53,380 nucleotides of DNA, from the IMG/VR virus record IMGVR_UViG_3300045988_159805. One strand, written 5' to 3'. Origin of the DNA: a virus. Under the pieces are notes generated by a model. The model worked only from the letters and a program-made list of their open reading frames with translations. It was not told the origin of the DNA and did no database searches. Shown here piece after piece: positions 24,681 through 35,070 of the stretch (within the stretch, counting starts at the first letter, position 1; the number at the start of each line of letters is the position of its first letter). The position numbers were made by a program, and so were the translations under genes.

Positions 24681-26325
24681 CATTTACGCCTACTATCAGC
24701 AAATCGAAGACGGCACGATCCCAGTTGGCGAATGGGTACGGCTGGCGTATCGCTATGTGATACATGGATTGGAAAGCGGCGAATTTACCTTTGACCAAAA
24801 GAAAGCTTCTCGTGCGATTCGGTTCATTGAAAGTTTCTGCCACCACAGTGAGGGTTCACTTGCACCGCAGCTGCTCCGGCTGGAACTGTGGCAGCGTGCT
24901 TGTGTTTCGGTCATCTTCGGCATTCTGGATCACAATGGCAACCGGCAGTTTCGGGAAGTTCCGATTGTTGTCGGGCGGAAAAACGGTAAGACACTGTTTT
25001 TATCCGGCATTGCTGTGTACTGTCTATTCATGGACGGTGAATATGGTGCCCGTATATTTTGCGTTGCTCCCAAGCTGGATCAGGCAGATATTGTCTATCA
25101 CGATATTTGGCAGACCATTTCCAGCGAACCGGAACTAATGGATCTGATCAAGCGGCGTAAGTCTGACTACTATGTGGAATCCACCAACAGCAGCGTCAAG
25201 AAAATTGCATTTAACGCTAAGAAGTCTGACGGATTCAATCCGCATCTGGTCATCTGTGATGAGATTGCAAGCTGGCCTGGAGATACCGGATTGAAACAGT
25301 ACGAGGTCATGAAGTCCGCATTTGGAGCCAGACGGCAGCCGCTGTTGCTGAGTTGTTCAACCTCTGGATACGTCAATGACGGCATTTATGATGAACTGAT
25401 CAAGCGGTGTACCCGATTTCTGAAAGGTGACAGCAAGGAAAAACGGCTGTTTCCCCTGCTGTACATGATCGATGACATTGAGAAGTGGAACGACATCAAC
25501 GAACTGCGAAAATCTAACCCGAATCTGGGTGTATCTGTTTCAGTAGATTATATGCTGGAAGAAATCGCAGTTGCAGAGGGCAGCTTGTCCAAGAAAGCGG
25601 AATTTCTTACGAAATACTGCAACATCAAGCAGTCCAGTTCTCAGGCATGGTTAAATGCAACGGCGGTGGAACACGCCTGCGGAAAGCCGCTGCATCTGGA
25701 AGACTTCCGGGGCAGCTATTGCGTTGCCGGCGTAGACTTGTCACAGACCACAGACTTGACAGCGGCAACGATCGTCATTGAAAAAGGCGGTGTGCTGTAT
25801 GTGTTTGCAAAGTTCTGGCTGCCGCCGGAAAAGCTGGAGGAAGCCACTGCACGGGACGGTGTTCCCTATCAGATCTATGTGCAGCGTGGCTTGCTGGAAC
25901 TGTCCGGCGAAAACTTTGTGGATTACCATGACTGCTACCGTTGGCTATGCGATATGATCGAACAGTATGAGATCTATCCGCTAATGGTGGGATACGACCG
26001 CTATTCTGCACAGTATCTGATTCAGGACTTGAAAACGTATGGATTCTGCACCGATGATGTGTATCAGGGTGACAACCTTTATCCGGTGCTGTTGGAAATG
26101 GAAGGACTGTTCAAGGACAAAAAAATTTGCATCGGTGACAATGACCTGTTAAAGCTGCATCTGCTGAATGCAGCAATCAAAATGAACAACGAACGAGGAC
26201 GGGGCAAACTGGTAAAGCTGTCTGCCAACGCACACATTGACGGCTGTGCGGCTCTGGCAGATGCCTTCACTGTCCGGCAGAAATACTACGACCAATACGG
26301 CATACAGCTACAGAACGGAGCGTGA
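24670..26325 (+). CDS. terL: terminase large subunit
   Basis: Trimmed to MTNDIYAYYQQIEDG. Walker-like VVGRKNGKT, then ICDEIASW, and a nuclease-half pattern CVAGVDLSQTTDLTA ... GYDRY. Confidence 0.85.
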   Translation: MTNDIYAYYQQIEDGTIPVGEWVRLAYRYVIHGLESGEFTFDQKKASRAIRFIESFCHHSEGSLAPQLLRLELWQRACVSVIFGILDHNGNRQFREVPIVVGRKNGKTLFLSGIAVYCLFMDGEYGARIFCVAPKLDQADIVYHDIWQTISSEPELMDLIKRRKSDYYVESTNSSVKKIAFNAKKSDGFNPHLVICDEIASWPGDTGLKQYEVMKSAFGARRQPLLLSCSTSGYVNDGIYDELIKRCTRFLKGDSKEKRLFPLLYMIDDIEKWNDINELRKSNPNLGVSVSVDYMLEEIAVAEGSLSKKAEFLTKYCNIKQSSSQAWLNATAVEHACGKPLHLEDFRGSYCVAGVDLSQTTDLTAATIVIEKGGVLYVFAKFWLPPEKLEEATARDGVPYQIYVQRGLLELSGENFVDYHDCYRWLCDMIEQYEIYPLMVGYDRYSAQYLIQDLKTYGFCTDDVYQGDNLYPVLLEMEGLFKDKKICIGDNDLLKLHLLNAAIKMNNERGRGKLVKLSANAHIDGCAALADAFTVRQKYYDQYGIQLQNGA

Positions 26326-26329
26326 GTAC

Positions 26330-27508
26330 ATGGGGCTGTTTCAAAAATTATGGGGCAATCGTCCATCGAAATCCACTGCGGCAGCTGCATCGTATTTCCG
26401 CACACTGACCGGATATGCACCGGTATTCACCAACTGGCACGGGTGCCTATACGAATCGGCACTTGTGCGGTCTGCTATTGATGTCCGGGCAAGGCACATT
26501 TCCAAACTGAAAGCAGACATCATGGGCACGGCAAAGCCCAAGCTGCGGACAAGACTGAAACAAAGCCCAAACGAGTGGCAGACATGGGGACAGTTTCTCT
26601 ATCGCCTGTCCACCATTCTGGATATGCAGAATACGGCGTTTATTGTCCCTGTGTTCGGATCATACGATGAAATCACCGGATACTATCCAGTTCTTCCGTC
26701 ACAGTGCAGCATCATTGATGTACACAGCGAACCGTTTCTGCGGTATCGGTTTTCATCCGGGGAAACAGCAGCGGTGGAACTTCTCAGCTGTGGGATACTG
26801 ACCAAATTTCAGTATCAAGACGATTTCTTCGGCAGCAGCAATGCAGCCCTGACTCCGACCATGGAGCTGATCCACTTGCAGAATCAGGCAATCACCGAAG
26901 CAGTCAAAAACAGCAACACCTACCGGTTCATGGCGAGAATCAACAATTTCACCAAACCGGAAGATCTTGCAAAGGAGCGAAAGCGATTCTCACGGGAGAA
27001 TTTTGAAGCGGACGGCGGCGGAATCCTGCTGTTTCCAAACACCTACAGCGACATCAAGCAGCTGTCCCAAACGTCCTACACGGTAGACAAAGAGCAGGCG
27101 GCACAGATCCAGAACAACGTATACAGCTATTTTGGCGTGAATGAAGATGTGCTGCAAAGCAAGGCATACGGCGATGCGTGGCAGGCGTTCTACGAGGGCT
27201 GCATAGAACCGTTTGCCATACAGTTTTCCGATGTGATGACGCAATGCGTCTACACACCTGTGGAACGCACCAACGGGAACGGTATCATGCTGACATCTAA
27301 CCGGCTGCAATATATGTCCACCACAGAAAAGCTGAAAGTGGCATCTCAGATGATGGACAGAGGTGTCTTTTCCGTCAATGAAGTTCGTGAGATATTCAAC
27401 GCAGCACCAGTGGAAGGCGGCGATGTCCGCACCATTCGTGGCGAATATAAACGCACAGAGGAACTGGAAGATGCCGAAGAAAACCAGAAAGACGAGGTGG
27501 AGCAATGA
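26330..27508 (+). CDS. portal protein (HK97 family-like)
   Basis: Trimmed to MGLFQKLWGN. Call rests on size and its position between TerL and the protease. Confidence 0.8.
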   Translation: MGLFQKLWGNRPSKSTAAAASYFRTLTGYAPVFTNWHGCLYESALVRSAIDVRARHISKLKADIMGTAKPKLRTRLKQSPNEWQTWGQFLYRLSTILDMQNTAFIVPVFGSYDEITGYYPVLPSQCSIIDVHSEPFLRYRFSSGETAAVELLSCGILTKFQYQDDFFGSSNAALTPTMELIHLQNQAITEAVKNSNTYRFMARINNFTKPEDLAKERKRFSRENFEADGGGILLFPNTYSDIKQLSQTSYTVDKEQAAQIQNNVYSYFGVNEDVLQSKAYGDAWQAFYEGCIEPFAIQFSDVMTQCVYTPVERTNGNGIMLTSNRLQYMSTTEKLKVASQMMDRGVFSVNEVREIFNAAPVEGGDVRTIRGEYKRTEELEDAEENQKDEVEQ

Positions 27509-28170
27509 CAGAACAGGAAATGGAACAGCTGATGCAGCGGCTCAGCGCCGGACGGGAATACCGGCTGATGCAGAGCTTTTCCGTGCGCAGCAATTCCAAT
27601 GATGATTCCGGCATGATCGCAGACGGCTATGCAACAACATTCAATCAACCATATCTGCTGTATGATTTTGGTGATTACAAGGTCTATGAACAGATCGACA
27701 GCAGAGCATTTGATGATTGCGATATGTCTGACGTGATCATGCAGTATGACCACAGGGGCAGAGTGTTTGCCAGAACGTCAAACAAGACACTGGAACTCAA
27801 CCCGGACAACATCGGGCTGTATTTTCGGGCAGATCTGTCCGGTACGACCATCGGCAATCAGCTGTACGAGGAAATCAATGGTGGCTATACGACAAAAATG
27901 TCGTTTGGATTTGTAGTAGGCGAACAGAAATCGGAGTATGTGGAGGACAAGGAACACAACACTGTCACGGTGACACGGACTATCACAAAAATCCGAAAGC
28001 TGTACGATGTCAGTGCAGTATCTATCCCTGCCAATGATGCCACACAGATCAGTGCACGCAGTATCTCTGACGGATTGATCAGAGAGATTGCGGCGGAGCG
28101 CAAAAAAGCACTGGATCACATACGCAAACGAAAGAAACTGGAACTCAAACTAAGACTTATGGAGGTATGA
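27505..28170 (+). CDS. prohead serine protease (HK97 / S78-like)
   Basis: DGYATTFNQPY...VIMQYDH...GLYFRADL...MSFGF pattern. Confidence 0.8.
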   Translation: MTEQEMEQLMQRLSAGREYRLMQSFSVRSNSNDDSGMIADGYATTFNQPYLLYDFGDYKVYEQIDSRAFDDCDMSDVIMQYDHRGRVFARTSNKTLELNPDNIGLYFRADLSGTTIGNQLYEEINGGYTTKMSFGFVVGEQKSEYVEDKEHNTVTVTRTITKIRKLYDVSAVSIPANDATQISARSISDGLIREIAAERKKALDHIRKRKKLELKLRLMEV

Positions 28171-28173
28171 GAT

Positions 28174-29355
28174 ATGACACCGGAAGAAATCAGAGCATTG
28201 ACTATTGAGGGCGTAGAGCAGCGTATTGCGGCGATCCGCACTGAGATGGAATCCGAGAGCGCCGACATTGACGCACTGACAAGCGAGGTGGACGCACTGG
28301 AAGCACGGCGTACACAGCTGCATGACATGGCACAGCGCCGGGCGCAGCTGAGAAATCGTGTTGCGGCAGGCACGGAGGGTACTGTCACCAGATCGTTCCC
28401 GTCTGACAGCACCGGCACGCCGGAGCAGTCTTACAATCGCAACAGCCCGGAATACCGCACAGCATGGCTGAAAAACATGGCCGTGCGTGACGGTGTGCAT
28501 CTGCTGGGCGAAATGACCAAGCAGGAACGTGCGGCATATACCATGACTACTGCAAACACAGCTGCACCTGTCCCGACAGAGATCATGAACCGCATTGTTG
28601 ACCTGGTACAGTCGTCTACTGCAATCTATTCCGATGCTACCAAGTCCGGCATGACAAGCGGTTTTGCAATTCCCCGAATCAAGTCTATCAAACAGGGTGA
28701 TGCCAAAGAAACTGCCGAAGGCGTGGCAAACGATGACGAACAGGACACATGGGATCAGCTGTCTCTGGACGGCGTAGAGATCAAAAAGCATCTGGTCATC
28801 ACCAGAAAGATGACATGGCAGTCTATTGCTGCATTTGAAACATGGATCGCAGAACATCTGGCACGGCGTATCGGTAATGCAAAGGACAAGCGCTGCATCA
28901 CACAGCTGGACAGCACCACCTATGGCATTGATACTGACAATGTGCTGACCGATCAGGCATACGATGATGCGGCAATTCGTGGTATTATGGCAAAGGTCAA
29001 GGAAGAAGGCGTAAGATGCGTCTATGCCAACAGCAACACCGTGTGGAACGGTTTGTTTGGCATTCAGGACGCAAACAAGCGACCGATCTTCCTGCCGGAT
29101 CAGACAGGTGATCCTAAAATTGCAGGCTATATCTACGGTGCAGCTGTCAAGATCGATGAGAATGTAGCGGATAATACCGCTTATGTCGGTGTACCGTCCA
29201 GTCTGTTGGCGAACAATTTCGAGGAACTGTACATCTCCAATCAGCAGGAAGCAAAGACGTTCAACACTGTCGTTGGCGGTTATTCCCTGTTTGATGCCGG
29301 TCTGGAAAATCCCAAGGCATTTGTCAAGGTAACATTCAAAACCACTGGCGAATAA
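28174..29355 (+). CDS. major capsid protein (HK97 fold family)
   Basis: N-terminal coiled-coil delta-like region followed by the capsid body. Position after the protease. Confidence 0.85.
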   Translation: MTPEEIRALTIEGVEQRIAAIRTEMESESADIDALTSEVDALEARRTQLHDMAQRRAQLRNRVAAGTEGTVTRSFPSDSTGTPEQSYNRNSPEYRTAWLKNMAVRDGVHLLGEMTKQERAAYTMTTANTAAPVPTEIMNRIVDLVQSSTAIYSDATKSGMTSGFAIPRIKSIKQGDAKETAEGVANDDEQDTWDQLSLDGVEIKKHLVITRKMTWQSIAAFETWIAEHLARRIGNAKDKRCITQLDSTTYGIDTDNVLTDQAYDDAAIRGIMAKVKEEGVRCVYANSNTVWNGLFGIQDANKRPIFLPDQTGDPKIAGYIYGAAVKIDENVADNTAYVGVPSSLLANNFEELYISNQQEAKTFNTVVGGYSLFDAGLENPKAFVKVTFKTTGE

Positions 29356-29368
29356 GGAGTGATGCACC

Positions 29369-29659
29369 ATGGCAATGCTGGATAAGGCAAAGTTGTCACT
29401 GCGTGTCTGCACCGATGCGTTTGACGATGAAATCCTAGATCTGATCGCAGCGGCAAAGCTGGATTTGGGCATTGCCGGTGTATCAGAAACCGAAGAAACA
29501 GACCATCTGGTCAGTCGTGCCATTGTCACCTACTGTCGGATGAATTTCGGACAGCCAGACGATTACGACCGACTGAAAGCATCCTACGATGAACAAAAGG
29601 CGCAGCTGTCCATGGCTACCGGATACACAGATTGGAGGGATTCGATTGGATCGCAGTGA
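29369..29659 (+). CDS. head-tail connector (gp6-like)
   Basis: LSLRVCTDAFDDEILDLIAAAKLDLGIAGV is typical of the gp6-like family. Confidence 0.65.
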   Translation: MAMLDKAKLSLRVCTDAFDDEILDLIAAAKLDLGIAGVSETEETDHLVSRAIVTYCRMNFGQPDDYDRLKASYDEQKAQLSMATGYTDWRDSIGSQ

Positions 29660-29957
29660 TGTGCTGACACTGATCCGGCAGAATATCTCCAAAGGTGCAG
29701 ACGGCATCCAGAAACAGCAGGACGAATCCAAGCGGCAAGTATTCTGCAATGTGTCCAGCGTATCCGGTACGGAGTGGCTGGAAGCCGGCAGGAACGGCAT
29801 TAAGCCGGAATACCGGTTCACCGTATTCGCGCCGGACTATGCCGGCGAAACAGTCTGTGAGTACAACGGCAGCCGCTACAGCGTGTACCGAACATATCAG
29901 GGCAAAAACGACACACTGGAACTGTATGTCAAAAAGAAAGGCGGTGTACAGCCATGA
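29646..29957 (+). CDS. head closure / head-tail adaptor protein (TTG start)
   Basis: GGAGGGA RBS. Pattern VFCNVSSVSGTEWLEAG...YRFTVF...YNGSRYSVY. Confidence 0.6.
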   Translation: MDRSDVLTLIRQNISKGADGIQKQQDESKRQVFCNVSSVSGTEWLEAGRNGIKPEYRFTVFAPDYAGETVCEYNGSRYSVYRTYQGKNDTLELYVKKKGGVQP

Positions 29958-30367
29958 GCCATATGAAAGGCAGCGTCAACTACGGACAGGTAGCTGATGA
30001 AATCGCACAGATTCTGGCAGACTACGGCGATCATGCTGTAAAGGTGCTGAACGAAGAAGCCGAAAAATCCGGTGAAGCCTGCGCAAAGGCACTGCGGAAA
30101 AGTTCCCCGAAAGGCGGATCAAAGCGGAAACCGTACCGAAACGGCTGGACGTGCAAACTGGTAGACCGCAGAGGAACTGGCAGTCTGATCAAGACGGCAG
30201 TTGTCCACAACAAAAATAAGCCGCAGATTGCCCACCTGCTGGAATACGGGCATGCAAAAAGGAACGGCGGCAAAGTGGACGGCACCCCACACATCAGACC
30301 GGCAGAAGCAGAATACACAGAAGAATTTATGGATGCCGTAAAGCGGCGATTGGAGAACGGATCATGA
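29954..30367 (+). CDS. HK97 gp10-family tail-completion protein
   Basis: IAHLLEYGHA motif. ATGA overlap with the upstream gene. Confidence 0.6.
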   Translation: MSHMKGSVNYGQVADEIAQILADYGDHAVKVLNEEAEKSGEACAKALRKSSPKGGSKRKPYRNGWTCKLVDRRGTGSLIKTAVVHNKNKPQIAHLLEYGHAKRNGGKVDGTPHIRPAEAEYTEEFMDAVKRRLENGS

Positions 30368-30693
30368 CCTATGCATCTATCAAGGATTTGCTTGACGAAA
30401 TCGGTCTGCCATACACCTATGATCACTGGGACACGGAATCCGTGCCCGAATTGCCGTGGATTGTATTTACCTATCCGGGACGAGATGATTTTGTGGCAGA
30501 TGATGGCATCTATCAAAAGATTATATCTCTACAGATTGATCTGTACACGGATCAAAAAGACCTGCAAGCAGAAGCAATGGTGGAACAGGTGCTGGAACAG
30601 AACGGCATTGTGTACACCAAGGAAGAAACCTATATCGCATCGGAAAAGATGTATGAAATCACATACGAAACGGAGCTGATTATCAATGGCTAA
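30364..30693 (+). CDS. tail terminator-position hypothetical protein
   Basis: Assigned by gene order only. Confidence 0.4.
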   Translation: MTYASIKDLLDEIGLPYTYDHWDTESVPELPWIVFTYPGRDDFVADDGIYQKIISLQIDLYTDQKDLQAEAMVEQVLEQNGIVYTKEETYIASEKMYEITYETELIING

Positions 30694-31282
30694 TACCAAT
30701 ACCCCAAACAAAGTGAAATACGGTTTGGAAAACGTTGTCTATGCCAAAAAGACAGTGAGCGAAGCAGGAGAAATCACCTATGCAACACCGGTCAAAATTC
30801 CGGGTGCTGTCAACCTGTCCATGGATGCCAACGGCGAACCGGAGAACTTCTACGCAGATGACGGCGTGTATTTCGTTATCAATAACAACAACGGCTATGA
30901 TGGTGATCTGGAAATTGCAATGATTCCGGAGTCATTTGCTACAGACATCCTGAATCAGACCAAGGACAAGAATGGCGTGCTGATCGAGAATGCTGATGCA
31001 CAGCTGGAAGAGTTTGCACTTGGATTCCAGTTCAAGGGCGACCGTAAGCACATCCGACACTGGCTGTACAATTGCAGTGCTTCCCGTCCGTCTGTGGCAG
31101 GCAAGACCACAGAAGCCACAAAGACACCGCAGACAGATACGCTGAAATTGTCTGCAACACCGTTGCCGAACGGATTGGTAAAGTGCCGTTCCGGTTCTGA
31201 AACCACTGCTGACGTATACAATGGCTGGTTTGGCAAAGTATACATGCCCGACACAACCACGGAGGTACAGACGACAGAATGA
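30686..31282 (+). CDS. major tail protein
   Basis: Position before the chaperone/TMP genes and size of 198 aa. Confidence 0.65.
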   Translation: MANTNTPNKVKYGLENVVYAKKTVSEAGEITYATPVKIPGAVNLSMDANGEPENFYADDGVYFVINNNNGYDGDLEIAMIPESFATDILNQTKDKNGVLIENADAQLEEFALGFQFKGDRKHIRHWLYNCSASRPSVAGKTTEATKTPQTDTLKLSATPLPNGLVKCRSGSETTADVYNGWFGKVYMPDTTTEVQTTE

Positions 31283-31716
31283 ATGTAAAAATTGATAAGG
31301 GCATGACCAAGGAAATCATGATTGATGGTGTTCCGGTACTGTTCCGTGCAGATGCGTCTATCCCCCGTCTGTATCGTATCCACTTCGGGCGTGACGTTTT
31401 TGCAGATATGGGAGAATTGATAAAGCAGGTTGCACCGAATAAAAACGTAGAAGAAATCGCAAAGCAGAATCCGGAAGAACTGGAAAAGAGCGTAGACTTC
31501 GGCGAAATGAATACGGAAGCACTGGAAAATATTGCGTATATCATGGCATATCACGCTGATCGAGAAAATACAGCGGACAATATTGAGGACTGGCTTGCAC
31601 AGTTTGGCATTATGTCTTTGGTAAGTGTTTTGCCGCAGATTCTGGAACTGTGGGGAATCAACACACAGTCCACCTCAGATGTAAAAAAAAAGAAAGACCC
31701 ATTGACCGAGAAATAA
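31279..31716 (+). CDS. tail assembly chaperone (gpG-like)
   Basis: Acidic protein directly upstream of the TMP gene. Contains an A9 slippery run near its 3' end. Confidence 0.7.
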   Translation: MNVKIDKGMTKEIMIDGVPVLFRADASIPRLYRIHFGRDVFADMGELIKQVAPNKNVEEIAKQNPEELEKSVDFGEMNTEALENIAYIMAYHADRENTADNIEDWLAQFGIMSLVSVLPQILELWGINTQSTSDVKKKKDPLTEK

Positions 31717-31877
31717 ATACCGCATTGTTTCTCCTGCGGTGTACGCAAATGGGACTGAATATGACAGATCTAAGTCTGCTGACCATCGGCATGGTGAGTG
31801 ATATGATAATAGAATCCTTGAACGATTCTTACGATTATCCTAGCCTTGCGGTGCAGGCAGACTTTGATGCTTTTTAG
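31650..31877 (+). CDS. -1 frame extension of the chaperone (gpGT-like fusion via frameshift at 31683-31689)
   Basis: Slippery A AAA AAA in the zero frame. The -1 frame stays open to 31877. Confidence 0.6.
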   Translation: MGNQHTVHLRCKKKERPIDREINTALFLLRCTQMGLNMTDLSLLTIGMVSDMIIESLNDSYDYPSLAVQADFDAF

Positions 31878-31888
31878 GATGTGAAATC

Positions 31889-34696
31889 ATGGCAGGAAAC
31901 GGAAATCAAAAGATTCGTGGCATTACAATTGAACTGGACGGTGATGCGTCTGGTTTGATGAAATCGCTGTCTGACATTGGAAAAAGCCTGCGATCTACGC
32001 AGTCACAGCTGAACGATGTCAACAAGCTGCTAAAACTGGATCCCGGCAATATGGAACTCATTGCACAAAAACAGCGGTATCTGGGTGAAATGACAGAACA
32101 AACCGCAGAAAAGCTGGAAAAGCAAAAAGAAGTTCTTGCACAGCTGAAAGAGCAGGCGGCAAAAGGTGTAGACAATACAGATCAGCAAAACGCCATGCAG
32201 CGTGAAATTATTCAGACAACGAAATCTCTGGAAAAGCTGAAAGATGATCTGCGGAATCTGGACAGTGGCAGCAGTGTCAATGAAATTACAGAGGATATGC
32301 GTGATGTGGAGCAATCCGCAGAACGTGCTGCACAAAGCATATCAGAAATGGATAATGCCGCAGAGCCGGCAGCAGACAGTATGCAGGACATGGCCGATGC
32401 CGCTGACAAGATGCAGGAAAGCATTGGCGAAGCTGGAGAAACGCTGAAAAGCAGTGCATTTATGGACGCATCTGAAAAACTGTCCGGCGTGGCAGATAAA
32501 ATCGTGGAAATTGGTAAAGCGTCTATGGACGAATTCAATGAAACGGAAAATGCCACCAGAAAAGCGGTATCCTACTTTGGAGAAACAGGAACGGCAGCAG
32601 AAGAAACAGCAGACATTATCCAAGATGTATATGGCAATGGTGTTGGTGACAGCATGGACACCGTGGCAGATTCTGTGATTACAGTTAAGAAGAACTTTGA
32701 AGATCTGTCCAAGGCAGACCTCACACATCTGACTGAGATCGGAACCACACTGGAAGAATCCTATGGGATTGACCTGTCAGAAACCATGCGTGGTGTCAAC
32801 AGCCTAATGGAGCAGTTTGGTCTGACATCAGCCGAAGCCCTTGACTACGTGGTAAAAGGCACACAGAACGGCCTGGACAAGACGGATGAACTAGGCGATA
32901 ATCTGTCTGAATATGCCGGGAAGTTTGCACAGGCAGGATATTCCGCAGGTGAGTATTTCCAGCTGCTGAACAATGGCCTTGACAATGGCGCATACAACCT
33001 GGATAAGGTCAATGACGCAATCAACGAGGTTACAAACCGCATTGCAGACGGCACAATTGAAAGAAACCTGGATTCCTACTCTGACCGTACCAAGCAGTTT
33101 TTTGAAGCGTGGAAGAATGGGAACGGCACACAAAAGGACGTTATTGACAGCATTGTCAACGATATTAGCAATGCCACCACACAACAAGACAAGCTAAATC
33201 TTGCTACAACAGCGTTTGGCACAATGGCGGAAGACGGCAGCCTGAAATTTATCACCGCACTGACATCTGTTGGGGATACATACAAAGATGTTACAGGTGC
33301 GGCCACAGAATTTTACAATCAGTCTACTACCCCGGCACAGCTGCTGGAATCAAATCTCCGAACATTGCGTCAGGCACTTGTCCCCGTTGGCGAAGCACTT
33401 ATGACTGGATTGAATACAGTCCTGCCGCCAATAACTACGGCAGTCAAATTTTTAGCAACAATTTTTGGAGCAATGCCAGATTCCATGAAAGCTTTTGTTG
33501 CAATACTCGCTGGGCTAATTGTTGCTATGGCGAAAATTGCACCGATCATTACCGCCATATCTGTAGCCAATACTGCACTTAACATCTCACTTGGCCCGGT
33601 GCTGCTGATTATTCTGGCAATTGCGGCGGCCATCGCTGCGGTGATTGCTGTTGTAAAACACTGGGATGAAATCAGTGCGTGGCTGTCTGACACATGGAAC
33701 ACGCTTGCAGAAGATGCACAAATTACCTGGGACAACATCTCCACATTCTGGTCTGACACCTGGGACACCATCAAGGAAAAATCATCCAGTACATGGGACA
33801 GCATTTCTGAGGGTGCATCCATCTTCTGGGACAACTTCCTGACATTCTGGACGAATTGCGGCATAGGCATATACAACAGCACTGTCACAGCCTGGACAAA
33901 CACCAAGACATGGCTGTCAAACACCTGGAGCAGCATGGTCACATTCGGTGCATCCTCATTCCTGACACTGCGCAGCAATATCAGCAACACCTGGAACGCC
34001 ATAAGGTCGCATACATCAGCAACCTGGAACAATGTCAAGTCCACCATCTCCAACGCTATGAGCAATGCGTACAGCACCGTTTCCAGCCGTGCATCGTCCA
34101 TGTATAGCGCAGCATCCACTCAGTTCAGCAACATCGTCAGCAGTGCCGCATCTGCGGCTGTAGGCGTGTATAACCACATTTACAGCGGATTTGAAAATGC
34201 ATGGAGCTATATCACAGGACTCCCGGCAAAGGCGTTCCAGTGGGGCAGCGATCTGATTGACGGATTTGTCGGCGGCATTGAAAACTTCATTCACAAAGTG
34301 CATGATGCTGCCAGTGAAGTGGCTAGCATCATCACGCAGTATATCCACTTTTCCCGTCCGGACATCGGACCGTTGCGAGACTATGAAAAGTGGATGCCGG
34401 ATATGATGCAGGGACTGGCAGACGGTATCCGACAGAATCAGTATCTTGTTGCCAATGCCATGCAGGGGCTTGCGTCCACGATGACAATTGCCGCACCGAA
34501 CATCCAGAACAGCGCTCAGAGCGTTTCTGTAGACATGAGCGGTGTTTCCGCAGAAATTCGTTCAGCACTTACCACAATGCAATCTGGTGTCGATACGGGC
34601 AGCATTATCATTCCTGTGTACCTTGACGGCAGTAAGATCTATCAGGCAGTTGTCACGCAGGAACAGCGCATGAAATACCGTTCCGGAGGACGTTAA
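31889..34696 (+). CDS. tape measure protein
   Basis: 935 aa with coiled-coil N-terminal part, TM-like central helices and Trp-periodic repeats (TWD/TWN/TWS). Confidence 0.85.
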   Translation: MAGNGNQKIRGITIELDGDASGLMKSLSDIGKSLRSTQSQLNDVNKLLKLDPGNMELIAQKQRYLGEMTEQTAEKLEKQKEVLAQLKEQAAKGVDNTDQQNAMQREIIQTTKSLEKLKDDLRNLDSGSSVNEITEDMRDVEQSAERAAQSISEMDNAAEPAADSMQDMADAADKMQESIGEAGETLKSSAFMDASEKLSGVADKIVEIGKASMDEFNETENATRKAVSYFGETGTAAEETADIIQDVYGNGVGDSMDTVADSVITVKKNFEDLSKADLTHLTEIGTTLEESYGIDLSETMRGVNSLMEQFGLTSAEALDYVVKGTQNGLDKTDELGDNLSEYAGKFAQAGYSAGEYFQLLNNGLDNGAYNLDKVNDAINEVTNRIADGTIERNLDSYSDRTKQFFEAWKNGNGTQKDVIDSIVNDISNATTQQDKLNLATTAFGTMAEDGSLKFITALTSVGDTYKDVTGAATEFYNQSTTPAQLLESNLRTLRQALVPVGEALMTGLNTVLPPITTAVKFLATIFGAMPDSMKAFVAILAGLIVAMAKIAPIITAISVANTALNISLGPVLLIILAIAAAIAAVIAVVKHWDEISAWLSDTWNTLAEDAQITWDNISTFWSDTWDTIKEKSSSTWDSISEGASIFWDNFLTFWTNCGIGIYNSTVTAWTNTKTWLSNTWSSMVTFGASSFLTLRSNISNTWNAIRSHTSATWNNVKSTISNAMSNAYSTVSSRASSMYSAASTQFSNIVSSAASAAVGVYNHIYSGFENAWSYITGLPAKAFQWGSDLIDGFVGGIENFIHKVHDAASEVASIITQYIHFSRPDIGPLRDYEKWMPDMMQGLADGIRQNQYLVANAMQGLASTMTIAAPNIQNSAQSVSVDMSGVSAEIRSALTTMQSGVDTGSIIIPVYLDGSKIYQAVVTQEQRMKYRSGGR

Positions 34697-34697
34697 G

Positions 34698-35054
34698 ATG
34701 CTAGGAAAATATATCACACTGAACGGCGTACAGCTGCCGAACCCACAGAAATGGAAAGAAAGCCACGATGTAGTAGAGAACAGCAAGGAAACCGAAGCAG
34801 GAACTACCGCAACGATCATCACACGATATGACAAGCTGAGCGTATCCGTAAGCTATCAGTGCAGCTCTGCATTTGCAAACCAATTGTACTCTCTGAGTAT
34901 CAAAGATACGCTGACAATGCAGCTGAAAGGCGATACAAAAGAAAGCCGCACGGTCATGATCCGGGATTTTGAAAAGTCCCTGGAAAGCGGATCAGAACGA
35001 ACCGCCGGGACAGATGGCCTGTGGAACGTAAGCTTTTCCATTCAAGAAATATAA
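34698..35054 (+). CDS. tail component (distal-tail position)
   Basis: Assigned by gene order only. Confidence 0.4.
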   Translation: MLGKYITLNGVQLPNPQKWKESHDVVENSKETEAGTTATIITRYDKLSVSVSYQCSSAFANQLYSLSIKDTLTMQLKGDTKESRTVMIRDFEKSLESGSERTAGTDGLWNVSFSIQEI

Positions 35055-35070
35055 CGGGAGGTGCTGTGCC

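Noticed and set aside
28150-29529. 459-aa minus-strand ORF
   Set aside because: It is antisense to the HK97-type capsid gene inside a strictly plus-strand late operon. Its composition is Cys/Arg-rich and unlike a real protein.
30955-31554. 199-aa and 170-aa minus-strand ORFs across the major tail and chaperone genes
   Set aside because: They are antisense within the co-directional tail operon and have no start context. The same reasoning applies to 33370-34119, 35344-35901 and 38267-38836.
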